Virus record (IMG/VR): IMGVR_UViG_3300010883_000008
Coordinates: 2,668 to 66,667 of that record
DNA: 64,000 nt
Direction: 5' to 3' (one strand)
Source of the DNA: a virus
Lineage: Duplodnaviria > Heunggongvirae > Uroviricota > Caudoviricetes
Below the pieces are notes generated by a model. The model was not told the origin of the DNA. It searched no databases and saw nothing but the letters and a program-made list of their open reading frames with translations. The position numbers and the translations under genes are program-made. This document shows, piece after piece, positions 34,256 through 42,874 of this stretch (positions are counted from its first letter, which is position 1; the number at the start of each line of letters is the position of its first letter).

Positions 34256-36026
34256 CAGTATCTAATATCCCTTGAGGTATGTGTGAGGCGTCATGGCCTA
34301 GCTGCCAAACTTCGTGCAGCATCCCGCCATGTATTCGCTCTCGTATCAGTTCTTCAAGGTCATGCCTTCGAGTATGGGTCTGATTCACCAAAGTGGTGAA
34401 GTCTTCCGCAGATTGTACTGGGATGTTCCAATCGCCTGAGGGCTCGTTCCACAACAAGATCCACTTGTACTCCCCGAGACGAGCTTGAAATTCATCTACG
34501 AAAGATTGCCCCGTACCCGCAGCATCCGCCTCAGCATAGATCAAGTCTCGGACCCCAGTTAGAATCAGTATATCAGCTTTGGGCCAAGTATCAAGCAAGT
34601 CTTGTTCCCGTAGGTTCAATTTTGCGAGCATCCCCGCCTTTTCGATAGCTTTGGCGTTGGGTTCCAGCCCCGTGATGTCTAACCCATGTTCCGAGCAAGC
34701 CTTAACGAGTTCCCCCGAGAAGCTCCCCACCTCAAGGATTTTAGGGTCATCCTCCAATCGTTTCAACACCTCAGGAAGGATCTCCATGGATGCCTTAAAG
34801 TGCATCGCAGGTTTGTACCCCCATCGGGACTCTAGCCAACAGGTCTCCGGAGGATTAGCCGCACAGATTTCAGTGACCGCTTTCTCCCACAGATCCATAA
34901 CAGGGTCAATACTGAAAGTATCCGTCACGTGACGTTGAGCCTTTTCCGTAGCAGTCTTGATCCGTTCAGGGTCCTCAAAGAACCACTGGGTTGTGGCGAC
35001 CATCTGATTCACATCCGGCACCTGCCAAAGCGTTCCCAAACGTTCTTCTTTGAACGCAGGGTTGATTAGCATTGGACAATGCTCCGAGCCCATTAGCTCA
35101 GGCATCGTTGTGGTGTTGTTGAGAATCTGGAGTACTCCCAAGGCCGCAGCCTCAATCGTAGGCACCCCGAATCCTTCACCTTGTGAGGTAGTCAGACGAA
35201 CATCCGACATCTGCATCAGTTCCCCGACCTCCTCGTGTTCCAGTCCCCGACTCCAGTCGAATCCCGTAAAGGTCACATCTTCCCGAACGTCGTACATACG
35301 AGCTACTTTGGACAAATCGTACCCGTCCTGCCCACTGGGACCCTTTTGATGCATTATGGTGTGTGCAATCAAATGCACATCCTTATCCGGCCATGCTTTC
35401 TTTAATTGCCGGATGTAGTCGAAGGTCGCGTCCCACCGCTTGTGCCAAATGTTCCTGTCGCAGTTCAAGACTAAAAAGGTGTCGTCATGCAGAGGAACGT
35501 GGAGCTTCTTAGCCCATTTCCGCCGCAGGGCGTGCTTATCCACTTCAACATTGAGCTTGAACTTCTCAGGGTCCAGCATGTGAGGAATGACCCAATCCGA
35601 AGGGGCCTGTTTCTCCCACATAGTTTGAGCATATTCCGACAGATGAATTACCCGGTCTTTAGGCACCTCCAGAAAATAATCTCGACCATTCCAGGGGAGT
35701 TCGCTACCTTCCCACGGAAGCCAGAACAGTACAGGGATGTTTCTGGGGGCAAACTTTAGAGCCGACATGTCCAGGCATTGTTGAGTGTGATAGAAGACTA
35801 TGACACAGTCCGGTCGAATCTTCTCCAACTCACGGTCAATTACCGCGACCTTATCTAGTTCACGTATATGCCAACAGACAAGGTCATCTTCCTCGAAGGT
35901 GGGGGGGTTATTCGCCAGGATATAAACTTGATGGCCCCGGTCTCGGAATCCCCGAGCCAGCATACCCATCTGCATACCAAATCCTGAGGGTAAGTTAGGA
36001 CTTTCCCCGATCAGCACGATTCTCAT
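34248..36026 (-). CDS. bifunctional glycosyltransferase (GT4-like) plus class I SAM methyltransferase
   Basis: 592 aa. GT-B signature TSQGEGFGVPTIEAAALGV. C-terminal MTase motif I ILEVGSFSGELVKACSEHGLDITGLE. Confidence 0.65.
   Translation of the reverse strand: MRIVLIGESPNLPSGFGMQMGMLARGFRDRGHQVYILANNPPTFEEDDLVCWHIRELDKVAVIDRELEKIRPDCVIVFYHTQQCLDMSALKFAPRNIPVLFWLPWEGSELPWNGRDYFLEVPKDRVIHLSEYAQTMWEKQAPSDWVIPHMLDPEKFKLNVEVDKHALRRKWAKKLHVPLHDDTFLVLNCDRNIWHKRWDATFDYIRQLKKAWPDKDVHLIAHTIMHQKGPSGQDGYDLSKVARMYDVREDVTFTGFDWSRGLEHEEVGELMQMSDVRLTTSQGEGFGVPTIEAAALGVLQILNNTTTMPELMGSEHCPMLINPAFKEERLGTLWQVPDVNQMVATTQWFFEDPERIKTATEKAQRHVTDTFSIDPVMDLWEKAVTEICAANPPETCWLESRWGYKPAMHFKASMEILPEVLKRLEDDPKILEVGSFSGELVKACSEHGLDITGLEPNAKAIEKAGMLAKLNLREQDLLDTWPKADILILTGVRDLIYAEADAAGTGQSFVDEFQARLGEYKWILLWNEPSGDWNIPVQSAEDFTTLVNQTHTRRHDLEELIRERIHGGMLHEVWQLGHDASHIPQGILDTDG
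35363..35378. repeat. degenerate palindrome family copy: GTGCAATCAAATGCAC
   Basis: One half site is altered (ATGCAC). It lies inside the GT-MT gene. Confidence 0.5.
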
Positions 36027-36044
36027 CTACTCATACTCCAAAGG

Positions 36045-36704
36045 TCATGAAATTTTGCGTAAAAATCCATCCGGATTGTAAGTTATTATGTACTTTTCCC
36101 GAGATTTGTCTATTTTGAAATGGTCATCTTCCAAAAGAAATTTGTCAATGCCCCCAAGAGGCCCTCCTCGGGACTTCGGCTTCCCCTTAATAAAGGAGGT
36201 AGCCCCATCTTCTACAATAAAGTAGCACCCTTCAGTCACCAAAGGGGACCACCGAACTAAATCGTCATACACGCCTTGTATGGAGTGATCCGCGTCTTGA
36301 ATGACCATAACTCGATCAGTAGGACGTATCCACTGTAGCACCCTAGAAATAGCCGCCTGATCTGTAGTGTTACCCACAACATGACGAACGTTGGGGTGCT
36401 TAATAGCACACGCTCGATGATCAACTCCGATAACCAGCCCCATAGGATGCTTCGCTTGCATAACGTCGGCTAGGTACATAGTTGACCCTCCGCGATACGT
36501 ACCCAACTCAATAATGATTGACGGGTTAGTCTCGTGAATGATCTCTTGATACACCTGCAAATCTAGGGGACTCTTGATCATTTCGACCCCCCTCCAATGC
36601 ATCTTGGACTTGTGGCGTTTACTACCGTTTACAGGGCACCCCAAAACGTGTTGTTGATGCCACAGTAACCACTCATCCAAATTCATATTCTCGTAAAACG
36701 TCAC
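36045..36704 (-). CDS. TylF/macrocin-type sugar O-methyltransferase (class I SAM MTase)
   Basis: 219 aa. IIELGTYRGGSTMYLADV resembles the TylF family motif (IVETGVYRGGS). Lower G+C towards the 3' end. Confidence 0.6.
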   Translation of the reverse strand: MTFYENMNLDEWLLWHQQHVLGCPVNGSKRHKSKMHWRGVEMIKSPLDLQVYQEIIHETNPSIIIELGTYRGGSTMYLADVMQAKHPMGLVIGVDHRACAIKHPNVRHVVGNTTDQAAISRVLQWIRPTDRVMVIQDADHSIQGVYDDLVRWSPLVTEGCYFIVEDGATSFIKGKPKSRGGPLGGIDKFLLEDDHFKIDKSREKYIITYNPDGFLRKIS

Positions 36705-37471
36705 GGAGTTCTCCTAGGTTTTGGAACTTGCACAGTAGATAGCTCTTTGGGAAATTTCGCAAAGTAATCAGTGTCGGGGGGCAACATACCTTCGTCCGAC
36801 AGCATCTCACGATGAACATCCGAAAACGGAGGGAAGCCTCGCAGATGATGCATGTACGAGTAGAATCTTTGGGAGTGGTGATCCTGACCCCCATACGAGA
36901 GTTGATGAACTACCTTAGCATTGCTCGTAGGCTTACCTCGATGGAGTTGCCTCATATCGAATGCAATAATATCTCCGGGGTTAGCCCTCAAAGTAACTAC
37001 CTTCCCAGGTTGTACCAACTTGGGATTTAGGTCCTTGTAATACGAGCCTGGGATAATCTGTAGAGGTTCGTTGGTAGCCTCAAAATACATGATGACTTTG
37101 AGACACCGGTACTCGACCTCGGGGTTCCAATCTCGGCCTCTACCGAAAACCTTGTTAGAACAGTCTCGATGCCAGTTACTCCGAAACTTTTCAATTTGCG
37201 GGCGGATGTTGTGAATGCTCCAAACTTTAGGCCCAATGCATTGGTGAACCACATCTAAAATCTCAGAACGTACACTAAGCCTATCCAACGCGGACTCAGC
37301 CCCGAAGTGGATCTTAAGGGCGGCCAATTCACGAATGCGGGCACCTAAGTAGAGGGCTTCTTCCTTGGGAATAACTCCCGGAAACAACTCAAAATGTTGG
37401 GCCTTATACGTCATTTTTCTTCCACACAGAGCCTTCCGGATGGTGGCACCCGTATTGCTCGGTCTCCTCAA
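36701..37471 (-). CDS. phytanoyl-CoA dioxygenase (PhyH) family 2OG-Fe(II) oxygenase
   Basis: 256 aa. NWHRDCS (HxD), distal MRQLHRGKPTSN His, IIAFD strand. Confidence 0.6.
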   Translation of the reverse strand: MRRPSNTGATIRKALCGRKMTYKAQHFELFPGVIPKEEALYLGARIRELAALKIHFGAESALDRLSVRSEILDVVHQCIGPKVWSIHNIRPQIEKFRSNWHRDCSNKVFGRGRDWNPEVEYRCLKVIMYFEATNEPLQIIPGSYYKDLNPKLVQPGKVVTLRANPGDIIAFDMRQLHRGKPTSNAKVVHQLSYGGQDHHSQRFYSYMHHLRGFPPFSDVHREMLSDEGMLPPDTDYFAKFPKELSTVQVPKPRRTP

Positions 37472-37766
37472 ATCTGGCTAGGTTTATGAACTTCCGCTCG
37501 GCACTTACGTTACATTTGCAGATTCCACAATGAGCCTCAATGCCTTTCCCTTTCGAGTAGTAGCATTTAGCACACAGCCGGACTCGGGTCTCGAACCGTT
37601 CCCGGGTGACCCCTTTGCCAAAGGCCAGAGCCATGGCTACGGATAGGATCTTCCCGAAAACTGATTCGTTAAACCATCGTCCCACAGGGGCAGCCCAACC
37701 TTTATCGTTCAAACACGAAGCTCTCGATATCGTGATCGCCCGGAAAAATGTCCATATTGACTTCAC
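37404..37766 (-). CDS. small Cys-rich protein (weak)
   Basis: 120 aa. CAKCYYSKGKGIEAHCGICKCN...GCHH. It overlaps the PhyH gene by 68 nt. Confidence 0.3.
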   Translation of the reverse strand: MKSIWTFFRAITISRASCLNDKGWAAPVGRWFNESVFGKILSVAMALAFGKGVTRERFETRVRLCAKCYYSKGKGIEAHCGICKCNVSAERKFINLARFEETEQYGCHHPEGSVWKKNDV

Positions 37767-39078
37767 CGAATTTCATCCTCTCCCAGTATCCCGTATTCAT
37801 ATGGATGCCATGCATACCTATGTATCGGGAGCGGTTAACTATAGGAGTCAAACGACCCCAACCCGCTTGGTAGAAGCCTACCATTGTAGCGGCATCCTGT
37901 CCGGTTGGAGGTTGTCCAAAATACTTGAGTCGTGCCCGGGTGGTGGGGGCTCCCTCAGGCAGTAAGCGGTGACCCAGAACTTTCGGAGGGTCCTTCATAC
38001 TACGTCGGAACCAGTCCACGATAGACCGGTGGGGTCTCTTATTATAATCGCCCCCGAGGAACAGGTCTTGGAATGAGAACATGAACTTGTTCATCGAGTT
38101 CCAAGACTTCTTCGACATCATGTAAGCCCACCAATTGTCATAAGTGGTGCGTACTTTATGGCGATTTTTCGTCTTCCATTCGGTGGGTTCTTTGCATTTG
38201 ATCCACCCTTGAACCGCCCCGCAGTTGTCATAGTTAGCCTCGCCCCAAGTCATGAGGTTACGGCAATACTGCATGTAGTTCGGAGCTACGACCAAGTCGT
38301 CCTCGAAGAACCACCCATAGTCGAAGCCTAACTCGTCAAAGATCTGACGACGGGCGTCAATGATATTACGCCCACACCCGAGGTTGCGATCTCGCTGAAT
38401 AACATAGAGCTTGGGGAAGAGTTTTTGAGCCACGTTAATCTGAGCGTCAGTTACCCGTTGATCCTCGTACTTGTCGAGAAACAGGAACCAAGGCAATGTC
38501 TGGGATTCGGGGTTTTGTGCAATTGATTGCACAACCTCCGTGAAGTAGTCCGTACGGTTCCACCCTAGAATCACCCCGGCTTCCGACTTACCTACTTCTT
38601 GTTTGGGCAGATCGGACAGTTGGATTTCTTGTGCGAGCGACCACCTTTCCTCTTTCGACCAGTCTTTTTGGCGGGGGAGGGGGTCAAGATAGCGGAAATC
38701 GGCTGGAGCCGATTTGGATCGAATGCTGCGAAAATAGGCTGACGGGTCAGCCATTTCCTCCCACTGTTTGTGCCCATCCAGGGGATAAGGTCGTAGCATG
38801 ATAGTGCTTCGAGTTTTGCGGTCCCGGCCCTTCCAGACCCCGTCCTTCTGAATGGTTAGGATGACGATGGGAACTCGGTCAGCCCCCATCAGCCGCATTA
38901 TAAAGACAGCCCGTCCCGCGTCCTCCGTAATCGACCAGTGAGCAATCTCGTGGTCGTCAATGGTGCCTCCTTCTTTAAGGACAACATCCCTAACATCTCC
39001 GGTCCCCGCCACGAATTGAAATTTCTCGACTTCGTGTACTGCTGTAGTTAGTGCAGAGATGTAATCTACAATCGCCAT
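37702..39078 (-). CDS. glycosyltransferase family 2-like (GT-A fold)
   Basis: 458 aa. RDRNLGCGRNIIDARRQIFDELGFDYGWFFEDDLVV resembles the GT2 xRNxG..ARN.G......DDD core. Confidence 0.55.
   Translation of the reverse strand: MAIVDYISALTTAVHEVEKFQFVAGTGDVRDVVLKEGGTIDDHEIAHWSITEDAGRAVFIMRLMGADRVPIVILTIQKDGVWKGRDRKTRSTIMLRPYPLDGHKQWEEMADPSAYFRSIRSKSAPADFRYLDPLPRQKDWSKEERWSLAQEIQLSDLPKQEVGKSEAGVILGWNRTDYFTEVVQSIAQNPESQTLPWFLFLDKYEDQRVTDAQINVAQKLFPKLYVIQRDRNLGCGRNIIDARRQIFDELGFDYGWFFEDDLVVAPNYMQYCRNLMTWGEANYDNCGAVQGWIKCKEPTEWKTKNRHKVRTTYDNWWAYMMSKKSWNSMNKFMFSFQDLFLGGDYNKRPHRSIVDWFRRSMKDPPKVLGHRLLPEGAPTTRARLKYFGQPPTGQDAATMVGFYQAGWGRLTPIVNRSRYIGMHGIHMNTGYWERMKFGEVNMDIFPGDHDIESFVFER
38517..38532. repeat. 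palindrome family copy: GTGCAATTGATTGCAC
   Basis: 16-bp inverted repeat inside the GT2 gene. Confidence 0.85.
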
Positions 39079-39126
39079 GTTTATTTACTCCGTAAGTAGG
39101 TTCACAAGGTCAATATACCATAGTAT

Positions 39127-39552
39127 CTAAGGGAGGGCTATGAACCCCTCCTCGGGTTCCACATCCTGCCAAAGGCCCATCCATCGGGCGTGTTCTTTTT
39201 GGCCTCTAGGTTTCCCCAGTCTAGCCTGTAGTCGTTTCAAGTACAGATCAGTTAGTTCTAGCCCTCCAAAACGTTTTACCTGACGATCCCAAGGGCCTAT
39301 CCAAAAGTCCCGGTCTGATCTGCGGAGGTTCAAGTAGTCTATGACCACCGTCTCTTGTCCCGAGTCAAACAGGCACTCCACAAACAGTCGAGCAGTTGCC
39401 AACACCATAGGCTCCGCCGTAGGTATCTTACCCGCAGTATTCGTCAGCCTTTTCCGTAGGCTATCCATGCAGACAACCACGTGCCCTGAATTTCGGGACC
39501 ACGTGGTCTTGCCTGTATGAGGGTATCCCATCGTGAGGATCAGCTTAAGCAT
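39127..39552 (-). CDS. P-loop kinase (polynucleotide/nucleotide kinase-like)
   Basis: 141 aa. Walker A MGYPHTGKTTW and Walker B VVIDYLN. Confidence 0.5.
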   Translation of the reverse strand: MLKLILTMGYPHTGKTTWSRNSGHVVVCMDSLRKRLTNTAGKIPTAEPMVLATARLFVECLFDSGQETVVIDYLNLRRSDRDFWIGPWDRQVKRFGGLELTDLYLKRLQARLGKPRGQKEHARWMGLWQDVEPEEGFIALP

Positions 39553-42482
39553 TAGGGAGGGGTAGGTCCTCCTGCGACGTTGCAGACTACCGTACCGATG
39601 GGGTCTGATCCGTTAACGCCTTGCCAGTTGGATGCGTTGTCCGGGGACACTATCCCATAAGGCATTTCATCCGACTCATAGAGGACAGTACTGTTTTCCA
39701 AGATCTGCCATCTGATCCCCGTGAGGACCACTGTAAAGGTGGGGTCGTCATCTCCAGTATATATGCCTCCAGATTCTACGTATTCTTGACTAGTCCCCGA
39801 TTCCCCGAAGCTACCAACAAAGATGGTGGCACATAAGGCTTCTGCGGCTTGAGCAACTGCATAGCAGTCTACGTTACAAGCACACGGGCCTAAGTCTACT
39901 TCCGCATCCCAAGTGGTTGCGGCACCCGCAGTAATAGAGATCAAATCTCCGCAGGCATTTTTACCTACCGTCATGGTCTGCCCGGCTAAAGTGATCGTTA
40001 GACCGCAATAGTCCATAGCAGCGGTGAGTCCGGTGACTGCGAAGAAGCTAGTGTTGCTGTCCTCAACCATATCGGTAGCCAACCCACAGGGGCCTTGTGT
40101 GGTCAACCCGCACCCAGCTAAGTCCCCCGGAGCTACAGCCAATCCGCAAGCTCCGTCAGTCGTTAAACCGCAGCCTGCCAGAGCCGTGTTATCCACATGC
40201 AAAGTGTCCCCTACGGCAATCAAACCACATCCGGGCTCCGGAGTGATGTTGTATATCACCTGTAGCCCAATGTTCTGAGTGATGTAATTGCTCGTCGTGT
40301 AGCACGTGATATGCTGATGATAGTGCTGGTGCTGATGAATGTGACTATGCCCATGGTAATGCTCATGAGTGTGGTAGTGAGCATGGCTATGAGAATAGTT
40401 CTGAGTGAGATCTACGTTCGTAGTGTAATTCAGGTTCGTAGTACTGTAACAAGTCTTATGGTAATGAGCATGAAAGTGGTTGCTGATTTCCTGCGTCGTG
40501 TTGTAGTTAGTTGTTGAACTCGTATAGCAAGTAATGTGCTGGTGGTAATGCTGGTGGTTGTGCGTGTGGTTATTTACATGGTAATGGCTGTGCGTGTGGT
40601 AATGAGCGTGATGATGCTCATACGACAGGTTGATGTCGATGTTATTAGTGACGTAACTTGTACCGGTTACGTAGCAGTGCAGCTTACATCCATCCCCGAC
40701 TAAATTCATCCCCGCCAAGTCTGAGGCATTGACCGAGATTGAATCTCCCGAGTACAGACCACAGCCTACGCTAACGGATAGCTTACACCCGTAGTCTGAG
40801 ACAAGTCCGTCCCCCGCCAAGTCTTCCCCGACGACAGAGACATCGGCACCCACGTAAATACCACAGCCTCCGACTACATCCAAAGTGCAATCATACCCCG
40901 CCGTAAGTCCCTCGCCCGCGAGTGCCGCGTTATCAACCTCAAGAGCCCCGCCGTAGGTCTTAAGGCCACAACCTGTATTGATGTACAACTGACACCCGTC
41001 GTAACCTCCCCCCACCGAGAGCCCGTCACCGGCTAAGGCTTGACCGTCAACTCCGATAGTGCAATCCCCGCTGACTTTCAGCCCACAACCTGCCAGCGTG
41101 TAGGCATCCACTTCAAGCTGGTTGCCATACAGTTGAAGACCACAGCCAAAGTCTACGTAAAGGCCGCACTGATCCGACCGTAATCCGGGTCCCGCAAGAG
41201 CCTTGGTATCAATGTTGAGTTCCCCACCTTCACAGGTTAGGCAGTCTCCATAGTTGATATACTGACAATCCCAGGGGATAGGTAGAGGAATTCTCGCTTC
41301 AAATCCCACCCGAGTAACCGTCTCACCTATCTTCATCGAGGGCATAGTTAAATTAGTAGAACACTTATCTTCCGTCAATTCGGCCTCAGATTTACGGGTG
41401 AATCCAAAGGACTGGTTCTTTTGAGATTGACTAACCGTCTTGACCTTAATGACCGGCCCAAATGCGAAGAACTTGTCCCCGTAAGACGAGATCCCCGTCC
41501 CACTAGCAAAGGTGCCCCTCCAGGCGTCTTCCACCGTCATGAAGTCCGATTGATCAAGAACTTCGGTACGAGCGTAAGGGATCGAAGTTTGCGTACTGTC
41601 AGACTTAACGTATCCCCAAGGTTTGTACTGAGCATGTCCGAAATCACAGTCGACTTCGACTTCCTTTTCTTTACAACACGTAAAGAATTCGCCGGACTCA
41701 ATGTGGAAAAACGTCAGACACAGGCATACTGTGAAGTCCTGACTGAAATTACAGTTTGTGGATACCCCAATGGCTTTCTTAGTAGCGTCAAAGGGTTTCA
41801 TCTTGACAGTAGGTTTTAACTGAAATACGTCGTCTTCTGGGTTTTGTTTTAGTTTCCATTCAACCTTGAACAACGCCACTACAGGTACATCGTCTTCCGT
41901 CTTACATTTCCACGACCACAACCCCGCAAAGAGCGAAGTCTCACAGCATAGCATCGTGTCAGGACCATTGATCTTTATGGCAACGTCAAACTCGTCGCAC
42001 ATGTTGTGGAGTTGAATGACTTTCGCGGGGTCGGCTTGTCCCGATTTGCCACCCTTACCCGTCTGTTTTTTAGGGCACTTGTATTTGACCGTTCGAGCCT
42101 CAGACGCATCCGAGACACACCCCGCCTCGTCGTAAGCCATTACTCGCCAATGGAGATCATCCCCGTTCTCGATGTCATCGATGATCTTCATCTCATAGGA
42201 AGTAGCCGTAGTGATTACGGCCTTAAGAGTAGGTCCTTGAAACGATGAATTTCGAGACCACTGCAAGACATACTTAGTAGCTCCCGACACCGCATCCCAA
42301 GAGAGCGTGATCCCTGAGCCACCCCCATCGGCTACCGCGTAGTTATTCGGGCAATGTTCTGACTCGTGTTCCGGGTAGTCAAGGATGGGGGTCTCAAGCG
42401 TACAGTCACGCATCCAATCCACTGCGGGTTGCAGTGGAAAAGTGTAGATATCTTGGACGAGGAAATCGGTAGTGTTATACAT
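39552..42482 (-). CDS. tail fibre / receptor-binding protein with FN3-like, Cys-Gly repeat and His/Tyr-rich repeat regions
   Basis: 976 aa. FN3-like SWDAVSGATKYVLQWSRNS. Repeated LAGxGL..GCGL units. Three tandem His-rich units (HAHYHTHSHYHVNNHTHNHQHYHQHITCYT). Confidence 0.6.
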   Translation of the reverse strand: MYNTTDFLVQDIYTFPLQPAVDWMRDCTLETPILDYPEHESEHCPNNYAVADGGGSGITLSWDAVSGATKYVLQWSRNSSFQGPTLKAVITTATSYEMKIIDDIENGDDLHWRVMAYDEAGCVSDASEARTVKYKCPKKQTGKGGKSGQADPAKVIQLHNMCDEFDVAIKINGPDTMLCCETSLFAGLWSWKCKTEDDVPVVALFKVEWKLKQNPEDDVFQLKPTVKMKPFDATKKAIGVSTNCNFSQDFTVCLCLTFFHIESGEFFTCCKEKEVEVDCDFGHAQYKPWGYVKSDSTQTSIPYARTEVLDQSDFMTVEDAWRGTFASGTGISSYGDKFFAFGPVIKVKTVSQSQKNQSFGFTRKSEAELTEDKCSTNLTMPSMKIGETVTRVGFEARIPLPIPWDCQYINYGDCLTCEGGELNIDTKALAGPGLRSDQCGLYVDFGCGLQLYGNQLEVDAYTLAGCGLKVSGDCTIGVDGQALAGDGLSVGGGYDGCQLYINTGCGLKTYGGALEVDNAALAGEGLTAGYDCTLDVVGGCGIYVGADVSVVGEDLAGDGLVSDYGCKLSVSVGCGLYSGDSISVNASDLAGMNLVGDGCKLHCYVTGTSYVTNNIDINLSYEHHHAHYHTHSHYHVNNHTHNHQHYHQHITCYTSSTTNYNTTQEISNHFHAHYHKTCYSTTNLNYTTNVDLTQNYSHSHAHYHTHEHYHGHSHIHQHQHYHQHITCYTTSNYITQNIGLQVIYNITPEPGCGLIAVGDTLHVDNTALAGCGLTTDGACGLAVAPGDLAGCGLTTQGPCGLATDMVEDSNTSFFAVTGLTAAMDYCGLTITLAGQTMTVGKNACGDLISITAGAATTWDAEVDLGPCACNVDCYAVAQAAEALCATIFVGSFGESGTSQEYVESGGIYTGDDDPTFTVVLTGIRWQILENSTVLYESDEMPYGIVSPDNASNWQGVNGSDPIGTVVCNVAGGPTPP
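40270..40700. repeat. tandem coding repeats (about 3 units) encoding His/Tyr-rich HxHxH segments
   Basis: Repetitive DNA with units such as atggtaatg / gtgctggtg. Composition is visibly AT-richer than the surrounding gene. Confidence 0.6.
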
Positions 42483-42488
42483 AAATGC

Positions 42489-42872
42489 TTAACATGTTGG
42501 TGCAATTGATTGCACAACCCTCATTACCTGAAACTGACCGCCGAAGGTAAATAGCTTGGAGCGTACCTGAGGTTTATCCAGACTGGTGAAGTACACGTCG
42601 TACTCGTCCCCCCAGTATCCCACAAACCGGTATAGGGGGGAAGGGTCAGCTACGTAGAAATCGTGGAGCGTCTGGAATTCCGTAGGCCACGCACTTTCCA
42701 GCGAGAAAGGAATAGTTCCCTCCCCATGGATAATCTCGATAGCAGCAGATTGTACCACAACTGCATTGGCAGTTCTAGTAGTTGATCTACGCTTCGTAGG
42801 AACGTAAGGCTGGTAAGAGAAGTGGATTGGAAGATCCACTCCCTCAAACGTAGCTATGTTAGTAGTCGCCAT
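42489..42872 (-). CDS. tail protein (distal tail/assembly), by position
   Basis: 127 aa between the tape measure gene and the fibre gene. Confidence 0.4.
   Translation of the reverse strand: MATTNIATFEGVDLPIHFSYQPYVPTKRRSTTRTANAVVVQSAAIEIIHGEGTIPFSLESAWPTEFQTLHDFYVADPSPLYRFVGYWGDEYDVYFTSLDKPQVRSKLFTFGGQFQVMRVVQSIAPTC
42500..42515. repeat. palindrome family copy: GTGCAATTGATTGCAC
   Basis: Lies 18 nt upstream of the fibre ATG, overlapping the last codons of the upstream gene. Confidence 0.85.
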
Positions 42873-42874
42873 GA

